A stretch of DNA of 50,112 nt from Candidatus Bathyarchaeia archaeon (GCA_038883715.1 JAVZLS010000011.1:1-50112), one strand, 5' to 3'; counted from the first letter of the stretch, positions 9,714 to 19,360 are shown. A program made the numbers and translations. Notes: generated by a model not told the origin, from the sequence alone.

Positions 9714-10307
9714 TTATTGCTTAATTTCAAAAACAAAAGGTGGGGTGAACGTTTTTATATCTAATTCTACGCCCAGCAAACCCTCTAAAAATCCAGCCCA
9801 GATTTCAGACTCGCTTATAAACGGAGCTTTTATCAAAAGGTACTTGTCTTTTAGGTAGAAGTCTCCAAAGCCTTGAACCCTCAAGCGTTTAAAGACATCC
9901 TGCCACTTTTCTGGGTTTGATGTTTGTATGCCTAATGTGGCTTCCAGGGAAACTTTTGTTGCTTCGCCCATTTTCCGTCCAATTTCTCTCCACTTCTCTC
10001 TCGGGATGTTTTGGATTAGTATGTTTACAAGTTCTATGTTTAGGAAGGCTATGCGACTTATTCCGCAATAATATTCGCCTGGGAAACGCCAATCGCAGAT
10101 CATCATGCTTCTATAAACGTCAAGCATCTTAGAGATGAGAGGCTTTATGCCTGGCTCCTTTCCCTCTTTGATTAGCTTGTCAATAAACTCGCGTTCCTCT
10201 TTTTCAAGGATTATTGTTGTTCTTTTAGCAGCACCTTTATCCTTTTCAAGCATCTTGTCTATGTGTTCCTCTTTTTCACCTTGCATAACTAGTATATCTT
10301 TAAGCAT
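9714..10307 (-). CDS. Hypothetical protein (RHH-like N-terminus, V4R/4VR-like C-terminus)
   Basis: RTTIILEKEEREFIDKL; GRKMG...GFGDF...GFLEGLLG pattern; start uncertain. Confidence 0.6.
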   Translation of the reverse strand: MLKDILVMQGEKEEHIDKMLEKDKGAAKRTTIILEKEEREFIDKLIKEGKEPGIKPLISKMLDVYRSMMICDWRFPGEYYCGISRIAFLNIELVNILIQNIPREKWREIGRKMGEATKVSLEATLGIQTSNPEKWQDVFKRLRVQGFGDFYLKDKYLLIKAPFISESEIWAGFLEGLLGVELDIKTFTPPFVFEIKQ

Positions 10308-10384
10308 ACTTTATATGTTTTGTTCCGTAACGAAAAATAACTACAACCGAACCGCTTTTTAACTACTTACACGCATAATTTATT

Positions 10385-10440
10385 GCCGATGACGAGTTCT
10401 GGAACACTGAAGAGATGATGCTCCCTGGGGTATCTGAGGC
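10385..10440 (+). ncRNA. Box C/D guide sRNA
   Basis: GCC stem; C ATGACGA (10389-95); D' CTGA (10407-10); C' ATGATG (10415-20); D CTGA (10434-37); GGC stem; 11-13 nt guides; TATA-like TTTTTAA about 25 nt upstream. Confidence 0.88.
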
Positions 10441-10448
10441 GTAAACCC

Positions 10449-10694
10449 TTAAGAAATCACTTTTTTCCTTATCAAGAACAGCATGAGCGCCAAGCCAGCT
10501 AGAAACACTATGAAACCAGAAACAACCGATACAACATAGTTTAAATCTAAAGCTTTGAAAACTACTAGAACCAAGTAGGGTCCGCCAAACGTTAAAAGTG
10601 CAGAAAGTAATGTGAGCAAAACTCGCCAGAACCTTGAATTCCAATCAAACCGCGCGGTTTTTCTTCCTCCACGTTTTCCTTTATCTTCACTCAT
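10449..10694 (-). CDS. Small 2-TM membrane protein
   Basis: Two hydrophobic helices, basic ends. Confidence 0.7.
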   Translation of the reverse strand: MSEDKGKRGGRKTARFDWNSRFWRVLLTLLSALLTFGGPYLVLVVFKALDLNYVVSVVSGFIVFLAGLALMLFLIRKKVIS

Positions 10695-10748
10695 GGTTTT
10701 CAATCCTCAGCTTTTTGGGGGTCAGCAAGCATTTAATAAATAAATTGC

Positions 10749-11393
10749 TTATAACCCTTCCTTAACTTCGTTCCCTAGGGCTTTCATTAGGAATTTGAAA
10801 ACTGAAAATCCGGCTCCGCGGTCAGCCTTAAAACCCGTTGTTGCCCCTAAAAGGCATATACCGTCTAAGCCTTGTTCTTTTGCCATTCCGAGCATGAGAC
10901 CGGTGGCTCCCGCTATTCTCCCCTTGCTGTATAGTATGGCGCCCTTCTCCATAAAATCCATTGCAAGCCTAGGCGATGTGGCAGCAACGTAAACTTGTGA
11001 GGTGTTTTCTGCTGTTGGTATTCCGCCCATCGTTATTATTAGGCTGCAGTTGTGTTTGATGGCAAAATTTAATATTTCGCCGCATAACTCGTAGTGGGCG
11101 ACAACATCTTCGAAGGATGGTTGCGTATCTCCAGTTAGTATTATGAAGTCGTTTTTTTCCATGGGTGCAGCGTAAAACTCGTATTTTGGCAAGCGGCAAA
11201 CACCACTCGAGTCCACAGATACGTAGTCTGGAAAGTATGGTGCATACAGTTCCGCAAATGGCCTAGCTCCGCAAAACTTTATCAGAAGATGGGCTGCAAT
11301 CTTTCCAACATTACCAAACCCGGGCAATCCCTGAACGAAAATAGGATTTTCCAACACTGGAGTGAAAATTTGGTGGAAGTATGGTTTGTCCAT
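10749..11393 (-). CDS. PAC2 family (proteasome assembly chaperone-like) protein
   Basis: QGLPGFGNVGKIAA, TGDTQP, ITMGG, IAGATGLMLG; probable start MDKPY at 11393. Confidence 0.88.
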   Translation of the reverse strand: MDKPYFHQIFTPVLENPIFVQGLPGFGNVGKIAAHLLIKFCGARPFAELYAPYFPDYVSVDSSGVCRLPKYEFYAAPMEKNDFIILTGDTQPSFEDVVAHYELCGEILNFAIKHNCSLIITMGGIPTAENTSQVYVAATSPRLAMDFMEKGAILYSKGRIAGATGLMLGMAKEQGLDGICLLGATTGFKADRGAGFSVFKFLMKALGNEVKEGL

Positions 11394-11486
11394 GTGCAGT
11401 TGACCACGCTCGGATAGTGTTGGCTGCAATAATAAAGTTTCTGGTTTCCTAAAAGGATTTAAGAGAGTTTGTTTCAGCATAGATGT

Positions 11487-11565
11487 AGCGGGGTGGGGTA
11501 GCCAGGATTAACCCGCTGGGCTCATAACCCAGAGATCGGTCGTTCAAATCGACCCCCCGCTACCA
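11487..11565 (+). tRNA. tRNA-iMet (CAT), CCA encoded
   Basis: A1:T72 pair, anticodon arm CTGGG-CTCATAA-CCCAG with three G:C pairs, T loop TTCAAAT. Confidence 0.97.
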
Positions 11566-11600
11566 CTTTTAAGAAATGTAAAACGCTGCTGATAGCCAAT

Positions 11601-11625
11601 AAAAAAAGGGGATGAGAGGTTAGGC
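11601..11625 (-). terminator. Pyrimidine tract plus T7 terminator after S8 protease gene
   Basis: Minus strand CCTCTCATCCCCTTTTTTT just after the stop codon. Confidence 0.5.
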
Positions 11626-11630
11626 GATTT

Positions 11631-14279
11631 TTAAATCGCACAAGCTCCCTTGCAGCCTCTGGGCATTTTGGCAAGGTTTGCGAATCCGCCAATATACCAT
11701 ACGCCAAAGTCGGCGTCGTATAGCCAGACAACAGCTACTCCATATTTTGGCGATTGGACGGTTGCCATATATTTTAGGCTTATTAGTGGTGAAGACCATA
11801 CGGGTGTTGTGTCGGCAAAGTATACGATTTCTAGGTAGTAGTATTCTGTTTTGTCAAAGTATACTTGGTATCCGTCTACGAGGATTGTATATTCTCCGGG
11901 TCCGGCTGTTAACATGGTTACTTCTGGCGATGCCAGTGTTGCTCCATCTATGTTCCATGAACCGTCTGGGTTGATTATTATTAGGTCTAGGTCGCTTGTC
12001 GCCCATTTTGTCCAGTCTCTGTACCAGTATAGGAACACAAAGGCGAATCCATTTGCGTCCTTTATCTTGAACGTGTATACGTCTGTTTCGCCTTGTTTGA
12101 CTGCTCCAGAGTATCCCTCAATTCTTCCCGGATAAACTTCCACTAGAGCGGTTGTTGGGATTCCGTTGTTGTAAAGGACTACTTTCTTGTCCATGCCTGT
12201 AACCCATACCTCTGTCACCTCTATTGTCACCTCACCAACAATCACTTGGTTGTAGCTTGAGAAGTCGCCTGCAAGTGCAAGCCTAATAACACCTGCAGAT
12301 ATTGGTACATCAAATGTTACGAGGAGTTCGCCGTCTCCATAAAAGTACAAGCCCCAAGCATAGTAGCCGTATTCGTCGTCAACCCCGCCCCTTCCTGCTG
12401 TGCTTAAGTATATTACTCCGGCGTCACCCCATAATGGGTTCTGTTGTGCCGGATCAGCTAAAACAACATTTGATAGTGTGATTTTGATTGAATCAACTTC
12501 GCTTGAAGCCCAGAAGGAGAAGTATTGGTATTTAGCAGGTTCAAGCACTAGATTGTTGAATGTTGCTTTCCCTTTGCATAGGCATGTTACTTCTATTGGC
12601 GGGAACCATAAGTCACCGATGTGATGTGGCCATGTTGTTGGAAGGGTTCCAAATGTGCCTGACTTGATGACGTTTAGCGCGTTTACTGCATTGACATAGC
12701 CTGCGCCTTGTTCTTCTGCTGTAAAGCCTGGAATTGGAACAGCGCCATCTATTATGGCTTGCTTAATTTCTTTTGGTCCGTAGGGTAGCCCATTTGTTTC
12801 TATGTAAGAGTTAAGCAGTGCAGCGACTCCGGCAACTTGGGGTGTTGAGAAGGAAGTGCCTCCACCTAACCTTATGCGTCCGTCTGGGAATAATCCGAGG
12901 AAGCACCATGATCCGGTGGCAACAACTTCCGGCTTTAGTCTTCCGTCTGCTGATGGCCCTCTGCTGCTGAAGTCAACAATAGCCATGTAATCATGTGGAT
13001 ACCAAAGGTCATCGCCTAATCCGTTTCCAGCAGGCTGTCCATAGTAAGCCCAGAAGTATATGTCGCCGAATACCCATTCGTGAATCGGGTCCATTGCCGC
13101 GCCTACTGTTATCGCCGTTTTTGCGCTTCCAGGCGAAGCCACTCTTAGCAAGGCTGGGCCTTCATTGCCAGCTGCTGCTACAACTGTTATGCCTACTTCG
13201 GTAGCAGCATCAACAAGCAAGTCTTCAGGGTCTTCGCCGTCGGCGCCTATCCCGCCGCCAAGGCTCATGCTAATAACATCCACGTCTAATGTTCCGCTGA
13301 TCTTCATTTGTATTGCTATGTCGATCGCCTGCATTATGATCGAAGATGGTACCCCAGCACCAGTGTGCGGAAACACTTTTATGGCATAGATTGAGGCGGC
13401 AGGCGCAATTCCAAAGCAGTATGTGTAGATATATCCAGCGGCGTCTTTCCATGTTCCTACGGGGTCATAGTTGTAAATTGCTTCTCCCCATGGGTGTCCA
13501 GGCCTAAATCTCAAAATGGCGTGGGCTGCCAATAGATGGGCACATGCTGTTCCGTGGTAGTGGTTTGTTGTGGCGTTCCATCCTTCATAAGGTGTTCCAA
13601 CATCTGGGCTTATGTCAATTCCGCCAATTACATTTCCAACAAGCAAAGGGGATGCAGACCAAACACCAGTATCTATAATGACAACCACGCTGCCTGCACC
13701 ATTGGTTTCGCTCCAAACAGCGCTTGCTCCTGTCAATTCAGTGTTTGTATATATTCCTGGCTCGACTGAAGCTATATCTTCTATAGCGATGGGTTCAACC
13801 TCAACCCCTTCAAGCTCGCCTGCAAGGACAGGTTCGCCTGTAACAGGGTCACGTGGAATAGTGTATTTTAAATTCTCGGTTATCGCGCCTTTGTAGCATA
13901 ACTCCCTAATTGAATCTTTGTATATTCTAACTACACGATCATTTGAGGCAAGTTTCAAGAGACTACGGGCAGGAATAGATGCTGCCAACGCATCAACACT
14001 CTCATAAACCCTTGAGACTTGCCCACCCAACTCCTCAACCGCCGCCGCCACCTCATCCTTATTAGTCACTTGAACAATGATATCTACTTGTCCACCCGTA
14101 TCTTTTACTGCTTCAACTAAATTCTTTGAGATTTTCTGAACAACGTTTGGCGATACTCCACTTAAAGCATTAGACGCTGCAGGTACGACTACAGCAAAGA
14201 TCGAAACGGCCAGAATCGCTGAAAGCAGAATCCCCTGCAGATTTGTAGCACGTCTATAGTCGTAGGTTATACTCAACAT
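11631..14279 (-). CDS. Secreted S8 (subtilisin-like) serine protease with propeptide and C-terminal PPC-like domains
   Basis: Signal peptide; IIDTG, HGTAC, AAGNEG, FSSRGP, GTSFSTPQVAG; DLDLIIINPDG PPC motif. Confidence 0.93.
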   Translation of the reverse strand: MLSITYDYRRATNLQGILLSAILAVSIFAVVVPAASNALSGVSPNVVQKISKNLVEAVKDTGGQVDIIVQVTNKDEVAAAVEELGGQVSRVYESVDALAASIPARSLLKLASNDRVVRIYKDSIRELCYKGAITENLKYTIPRDPVTGEPVLAGELEGVEVEPIAIEDIASVEPGIYTNTELTGASAVWSETNGAGSVVVIIDTGVWSASPLLVGNVIGGIDISPDVGTPYEGWNATTNHYHGTACAHLLAAHAILRFRPGHPWGEAIYNYDPVGTWKDAAGYIYTYCFGIAPAASIYAIKVFPHTGAGVPSSIIMQAIDIAIQMKISGTLDVDVISMSLGGGIGADGEDPEDLLVDAATEVGITVVAAAGNEGPALLRVASPGSAKTAITVGAAMDPIHEWVFGDIYFWAYYGQPAGNGLGDDLWYPHDYMAIVDFSSRGPSADGRLKPEVVATGSWCFLGLFPDGRIRLGGGTSFSTPQVAGVAALLNSYIETNGLPYGPKEIKQAIIDGAVPIPGFTAEEQGAGYVNAVNALNVIKSGTFGTLPTTWPHHIGDLWFPPIEVTCLCKGKATFNNLVLEPAKYQYFSFWASSEVDSIKITLSNVVLADPAQQNPLWGDAGVIYLSTAGRGGVDDEYGYYAWGLYFYGDGELLVTFDVPISAGVIRLALAGDFSSYNQVIVGEVTIEVTEVWVTGMDKKVVLYNNGIPTTALVEVYPGRIEGYSGAVKQGETDVYTFKIKDANGFAFVFLYWYRDWTKWATSDLDLIIINPDGSWNIDGATLASPEVTMLTAGPGEYTILVDGYQVYFDKTEYYYLEIVYFADTTPVWSSPLISLKYMATVQSPKYGVAVVWLYDADFGVWYIGGFANLAKMPRGCKGACAI

Positions 14280-14367
14280 TAAAATCTCCTCTCCTATTTC
14301 CCTTTTCGCAAAAATAAAATTGGCAAAAATGCTATAAGAATCTTATGGAAGCATTTTCTATGCAATT

Positions 14368-14595
14368 TTACAGGTCGGTTTTTGCATTAACAGCATCTAA
14401 CGCGTTTTCCTCAGAAAACACCACTTGTCCATTTATCGTTAATGTTTCACATTGAAGAAAAGCGTTCCACAATTTGGTTTCAACAGCACTCTGCCGCAAT
14501 GCTTGCCTAATTTTCTCTAAAACGTTGGTTCTTTCAGATTCCGGTACTTCTAAAAGGTTTAGTTTCTTTTTGCTGTTATTTCTTTTCGCACCCAT
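14368..14595 (-). CDS. Hypothetical protein
   Basis: 75-aa ORF with GGTGA SD filling the gap; no motif recognised. Confidence 0.55.
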   Translation of the reverse strand: MGAKRNNSKKKLNLLEVPESERTNVLEKIRQALRQSAVETKLWNAFLQCETLTINGQVVFSEENALDAVNAKTDL

Positions 14596-14754
14596 TGAAT
14601 TTTCACCGGAAAGATGTTATAGTGTATCTTAATAAATCAGTTCTTTCGCCGCTTGAAATGTTTCATAAACCGATATAAACTTGTAAAGCTATGAAAGCTG
14701 GGGAAAAATTATAAGCGGCATGTCCCTGGAATACATAGCTTAAAGTGAAAGGCT

Positions 14755-16281
14755 ATGCAAATTGACGCCATTGAAAACGCCTTATTCTCAATTACCGTAA
14801 ACCCTCTGCTTAAAGAGTTTATCAGCCGCTTTGACATAACATGTCCAGCAGATGGAAACCTCCTCCTAAACTCCCTCAAAGAGTTTCTAGGCGAACCCGT
14901 TTCTCTTTGCCCTACATGTCAACACATAAGCCGCCACATCGCCAAACCCTTTTATGAAATTGGAAGCCGCCTCCTAAAAGCCGATAAAAACTTCATGAGA
15001 AAACAGTTTGTCAAGGACAAATATGGAGGCGCATGGTTCAAAGGCTTCGGCCTGATGATGAGAGGCATAAGAAAATATGGTATACGCGTGCCCTTCGTGC
15101 CAGCCGGACCCTTCGAAATAGTCTGGAACTTCACATACAAATGCAATTTACGATGTAAACACTGTTATGAAGACGCGGGCGCCGGCAAGCTCCCAGAACT
15201 ATCTACGGACGAGGCAAAACAGGTCATAGACATACTTTCAAAAATCGCTGGTATTGGATTGCCAGCCTTATCTTTTAGCGGTGGAGAACCCCTCGCAAGA
15301 AAAGACTTTTTCGAACTGGCAGCTTACGCTAAAAAGCGCATACCCTACATCAGCATCGCTTCAAACGGAACACTGCTCACAAAAGATAATGCCAAAAAAG
15401 TCAAGGACGCCGGGGTGGACTATGTGGAAATAAGCATAGACGGCGCATCACCACTCGTACACGACGAGTTTAGGGGCATACCAGGAGCCTTTGAAAAGGC
15501 AATACAAGGCGTAAAAAACTGCATTGAAGAGGGCATAGACACATGCATCGCAACAGTCCTTCATAGAGATAACATAGCCGAAACAGAGAAAATTCTACAG
15601 CTAGCCAAAGAACTGGGCGTACGCTTCATGCACTTCAACTACATCCCGACAGGAAGAGCAAAAGAACACATAGAACTAGATCTGACACCCGACCAGCGTC
15701 TTCACGTTTTACATGCCATAGGCAAGGAAATAATCACCTTATACCTGCAAGCGAAGGAGGAGGAGATGAAAACTGGAAAATCAAATATTAAGGTTGACAG
15801 ATTTTTCAGCACATGCCCCCAGTACGCAAGTGTTACTAAAGAGTTATCCCAACAGATGGGGCACAAATTCATGGTTGAAGCCCATTATGCCGCAAAAAAA
15901 GGTGTGGAAAATGTTGCCAACTTCCTAGGCGGATGCGGAGCCGGACGACTATACTGTGCTATCGAGCCGAATGGAGACATAAAACCATGCGTATTCTTCC
16001 CAACAAATAAAAACACTGTTTTAGGGAACATATTGAAAGACAATTTTGAGGAGATCTGGGATAACGACCCACTGCTATGGCAACTGAGAACCAGAGAAAA
16101 CCTTGAAACCTACATTGTAGATGGAAAAGAGGTAGGTTGCGGTGTCTGCCCGGACAAATACATTTGCGGGGGTTGTAGAGCAAGAGCCTACAGCTATTTC
16201 AACGGAAACGTGAAGGCGCCGGACATTGGATGTATCCATAACAAGGCTTTATGGGAAAAAATAGTCGCATTAAAGCGGTAG
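14755..16281 (+). CDS. Radical SAM/SPASM protein with N-terminal Cys-containing extension
   Basis: CNLRCKHC, SGGEP, SPASM CGAGRLYC...PC...CGVC...CGGC...C; N-terminal C-x-x-D-G...CPTC. Confidence 0.92.
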   Translation: MQIDAIENALFSITVNPLLKEFISRFDITCPADGNLLLNSLKEFLGEPVSLCPTCQHISRHIAKPFYEIGSRLLKADKNFMRKQFVKDKYGGAWFKGFGLMMRGIRKYGIRVPFVPAGPFEIVWNFTYKCNLRCKHCYEDAGAGKLPELSTDEAKQVIDILSKIAGIGLPALSFSGGEPLARKDFFELAAYAKKRIPYISIASNGTLLTKDNAKKVKDAGVDYVEISIDGASPLVHDEFRGIPGAFEKAIQGVKNCIEEGIDTCIATVLHRDNIAETEKILQLAKELGVRFMHFNYIPTGRAKEHIELDLTPDQRLHVLHAIGKEIITLYLQAKEEEMKTGKSNIKVDRFFSTCPQYASVTKELSQQMGHKFMVEAHYAAKKGVENVANFLGGCGAGRLYCAIEPNGDIKPCVFFPTNKNTVLGNILKDNFEEIWDNDPLLWQLRTRENLETYIVDGKEVGCGVCPDKYICGGCRARAYSYFNGNVKAPDIGCIHNKALWEKIVALKR

Positions 16282-16283
16282 AG

Positions 16284-16481
16284 CTAGGCTTTGCCCTTTT
16301 CTTCCTTGCCAAAGTATGTTGTCCACTTAAGCTTACGAGCATCTCTCTTGAGCTTCAGAGAGCTTTTCCTACATTTGCTTGAACAGAACCAGAAAATTGT
16401 CCCATCATTTTTAACGTACATCATTCCCGTACCGGGCGGGAATTCATTGCCGCAAAATGAACATTTCCTAATTTTTGGCAA
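16284..16481 (-). CDS. rpl24e: 50S ribosomal protein L24e
   Basis: CSFCG...[12 protein letters not shown]...FCSSKC...KLKWT. Confidence 0.97.
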   Translation of the reverse strand: MPKIRKCSFCGNEFPPGTGMMYVKNDGTIFWFCSSKCRKSSLKLKRDARKLKWTTYFGKEEKGKA

Positions 16482-16508
16482 GGGAGCGCCTCCAAAGGTT
16501 TAGCTTGC

Positions 16509-16736
16509 CTATCTTGTTATCTTCTTTGCTTCCCTCTCAGTTTCCCTTAGCATTAGAATATCTTGCACTCGCACAGGTCCTTTCACATTCCGCGTTATTA
16601 TCCGGCCTTTATCCTTTCCTTCTAAAATTCGGACTCTAACTTGAGTGATTTCGCCAGTCACGCCTGTTCTTCCAATTATCTGAATGACTTCTGCTGGTGT
16701 AAGTTCCTCTTCAGCTGCTTCTTTCTCCTTGCTCAT
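16509..16736 (-). CDS. rps28e: 30S ribosomal protein S28e
   Basis: [13 protein letters not shown]...RNVKGPVR...ETEREA. Confidence 0.97.
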   Translation of the reverse strand: MSKEKEAAEEELTPAEVIQIIGRTGVTGEITQVRVRILEGKDKGRIITRNVKGPVRVQDILMLRETEREAKKITR

Positions 16737-17116
16737 TACTTGGCTCCTTTCCTGATCTGTTCAATTCTTTTAATTATCTCTTTAACGAGGCCCCCAGCGT
16801 CTCCCTCGTTGATTATGCATGCAGATGCTGCCGAAACATCTATCCCAACGGCATCTCCCAGTTTTTCCTTGCTTGGAACATAAACATATGGAATTTTCCT
16901 CTCTTCACAGAGAAGCGGCAGATGAGCTACAACCTCTGGCGGATCAACATCTTCAGCTATAACCACAAGCTTTGCCTGCCCCCTTTCAACAGCCTTAGTC
17001 GTCTCGTTTGTTCCCTTTCTCACAGTTCCAGTTTTTGCGGCTATTTGTAGGGCTTCATAGGCCGCATCTGCAACTTCCTTCGGAACCTCAAATTTTACAT
17101 AGAACGGTTTTGACAT
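16736..17116 (-). CDS. rpl7ae: 50S ribosomal protein L7Ae
   Basis: [29 protein letters not shown]; start MSKPFY. Confidence 0.97.
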   Translation of the reverse strand: MSKPFYVKFEVPKEVADAAYEALQIAAKTGTVRKGTNETTKAVERGQAKLVVIAEDVDPPEVVAHLPLLCEERKIPYVYVPSKEKLGDAVGIDVSAASACIINEGDAGGLVKEIIKRIEQIRKGAK

Positions 17117-17274
17117 AAGCCTCACCCTTCAAATGCACAGTTTAATCAACAACACCCATTTATGAATGTTTCGACTAAACCAGGCGAAAACTCTCTATAC
17201 GCAAGGTAACGTAGAAAGGTTTAAATAACATGCCACGTTTGAACCTTTTTGTTTTTCGAGGGGAATATAAAAGG

Positions 17275-17523
17275 TTGATTAGGCTAGGTCGAGCACTCCA
17301 TATAAGTCCAAACAAGAATGTTATAGTTAAGGTCGAAAACACTCCAAAAATAGGTGAAACGGTGGTTGATGAAGATTTAAGGCATGTTGGCGAAGTTTTT
17401 GATGTTTTTGGTCCGGTTTCCTCGCCATACGCGTCCGTTAAACCAAAAATCGCCAAGCCCGAAGTTTTGGTCAATAAGATGTTGTATGTTCTCCCCTCGA
17501 AAAAGGGAAAGGAGAGAAAATAG
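17275..17523 (+). CDS. gar1: H/ACA RNP subunit Gar1/Naf1
   Basis: VGEVFDVFGPVSSPYASVK; directly upstream of tfb; probable TTG start. Confidence 0.88.
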   Translation: MIRLGRALHISPNKNVIVKVENTPKIGETVVDEDLRHVGEVFDVFGPVSSPYASVKPKIAKPEVLVNKMLYVLPSKKGKERK

Positions 17524-18483
17524 ATGGATGATGCGGATGTTGGGGATGCAAGCCCAACATCAACTACTCAGCAGGCCAAAGTGCAGTCGTGCCCTGAATG
17601 TGGCAGCACAAGATTAATGCGCGATTATGAGTGCGCAGAACTAGTTTGCATGGACTGCGGCTACGTCATAGCCGCAAAAATAGCCGATAGAGGACCGGAA
17701 TGGCGAGCATTTGACGACGAGCAAAGAGCCAAAAGAACAAGAGTTGGCGCACCACTAACATATACCATCCATGATAAAGGCTTGTCGACCATGATTGACT
17801 GGCACGACAGAGACATTTATGGGAAAGGCTTGTCTCCAGGGCAAAAGGCCCAAGTTTATCGCCTTAGAAAATGGCAAAGACGGATAAGGGTTTCAGATGC
17901 CACCGAACGAAACCTTGCCTTTGCACTGTCTGAGATCACAAAGATCGCCAACAATTTGAATCTTCCAAAGAACATTTTGGAAACAGCATCCCTAATCTAC
18001 AGAAAGGCAGTTAAAGAGAGGCTCATAAGAGGCAGGTCGATTCAAGGGGTTACTTCAGCAGCGATTTATTTGGCTTGTAGGCAGTGTGGCCTGCCTAGAA
18101 CATTGGAAGAAATAGCCCAAGCATCAAATGTGAACAAGAAAGAGGTGGGGCGCAGTTACCGCTTCTTGATAAAGGAGTTAAACTATTTTATTCCACCTTT
18201 AAAACCAAGCCAATACATAACTAAGTTCTCAAATCAGCTAACAATGCAAGGCAAAGTTGAGGAGATAGCTCACAAAATCTTGGCGGCTGCAAAGGAGCTA
18301 AAACTGACGTCTGGAAGAGGCCCAACGGGAATTGCGGCGGCAGCAAGCTACATAGCCTCGGTGCTTACCGGAGAAAGGAAGACCCAGAGAGAGATTGCTG
18401 AAATAGCTCAAGTAACAGAGGTTACAATTAGGAACCGCTATAAAGAGCTTGTAGAACGATTAATGTTCCAGATGAGCCTCTAA
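17524..18483 (+). CDS. tfb: Transcription initiation factor IIB
   Basis: CPECG...CMDCG ribbon, GPEWRAF B-reader, two cyclin repeats, [12 protein letters not shown]. Confidence 0.98.
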   Translation: MDDADVGDASPTSTTQQAKVQSCPECGSTRLMRDYECAELVCMDCGYVIAAKIADRGPEWRAFDDEQRAKRTRVGAPLTYTIHDKGLSTMIDWHDRDIYGKGLSPGQKAQVYRLRKWQRRIRVSDATERNLAFALSEITKIANNLNLPKNILETASLIYRKAVKERLIRGRSIQGVTSAAIYLACRQCGLPRTLEEIAQASNVNKKEVGRSYRFLIKELNYFIPPLKPSQYITKFSNQLTMQGKVEEIAHKILAAAKELKLTSGRGPTGIAAAASYIASVLTGERKTQREIAEIAQVTEVTIRNRYKELVERLMFQMSL

Positions 18484-18501
18484 CGCTAAAGGGGAGAGCC
18501 T

Positions 18502-18804
18502 TCAGAAGAGCTCCTCTTCCTCTTCTTTTTGGCAGCATTCCTCCACTTCCTCTTTTTCCCCCTCGCCGCTTAAAATTTTGGGAACAGTTCTGCTCAGCTC
18601 TTCCAGAATATCTTCGGGGATTTTATTCCTTAAACCTTTAATTTCTTCTTTAAGCTTGTTAACTTCCGCCTCTAAAGTTTTGGCTTTTTCGCTTAACTCT
18701 AAAACTTCCTTAAGCTTGTCTCTCTCCTCTAAAAGTGTTCGCCTCTCTTCCTCCAGCGCCCTAATCTTCTCCTCCAATTTCGCTTTCATTTCGGCAACCC
18801 TCAT
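18502..18804 (-). CDS. Coiled-coil hypothetical protein with acidic tail
   Basis: Heptad-rich E/K/L sequence; probable start MRVAEM. Confidence 0.7.
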   Translation of the reverse strand: MRVAEMKAKLEEKIRALEEERRTLLEERDKLKEVLELSEKAKTLEAEVNKLKEEIKGLRNKIPEDILEELSRTVPKILSGEGEKEEVEECCQKEEEEELF

Positions 18805-18905
18805 TTTATACCACCAATTTAATGTATTGGTGTCTCTGTGAATTAATAATTTGCTACAAAACACATTTTAGTCTCTTAGAGACAAATTTATAGTAGGGTT
18901 GTAGT

Positions 18906-19322
18906 TTGGTTAAATGTCCTAAATGCGGAGGGGAAGTGGCTGCCCCCGTTAAGACATGGTCTATTTCTCCACGAAAACCAGAGGAAGGTGCACCGAAACT
19001 CATGGGAATTTTCGAATGTCCCAGCTGCAAAGCGAGGTTCAGAGCGGCTGTCGAATCTGAAGCGAGGGTTGAAGAGACAGTAAGTATTAAAAACATGGTT
19101 GAAAGAATTAAAGTCATTAAGGGTGAACTTATGCAAACCTTGAAGAACTTGCGGGAGAAAATAAAAACTCTAGAAACGGAACGCACAAACCTCATGATAG
19201 AAATTGAAAAATTGAAGAAGGCGGCGGAATCAAGGGTCAGCGCGCTTGAAAGCGAAGTGAATATGCTCAGAGAGGAAGTGAAATCTCTAAGAGAGCTTCT
19301 GGGTTACACAGAAGAGAAATAG
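18906..19322 (+). CDS. Cren7-like Zn-ribbon protein fused to a coiled coil
   Basis: CPKCG..PVKTWSISP...MGIFECPSCKARFR, then about 80 aa of heptads. Confidence 0.7.
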   Translation: MVKCPKCGGEVAAPVKTWSISPRKPEEGAPKLMGIFECPSCKARFRAAVESEARVEETVSIKNMVERIKVIKGELMQTLKNLREKIKTLETERTNLMIEIEKLKKAAESRVSALESEVNMLREEVKSLRELLGYTEEK

Positions 19323-19360
19323 AAATAAAAGTGAATTAAAGATAGCACTCCGAGTTCAGT

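Noticed and set aside
10363-10644. 93-aa ORF in the track
   Set aside because: Alternate frame of the membrane gene and antisense to the C/D sRNA
11631-16281. RiPP cluster (S8 protease + 75-aa ORF + radical SAM/SPASM)
   Set aside because: Genes are divergent, the protease is a large secreted type, the small ORF has no leader/core pattern, and no RRE or transporter is visible
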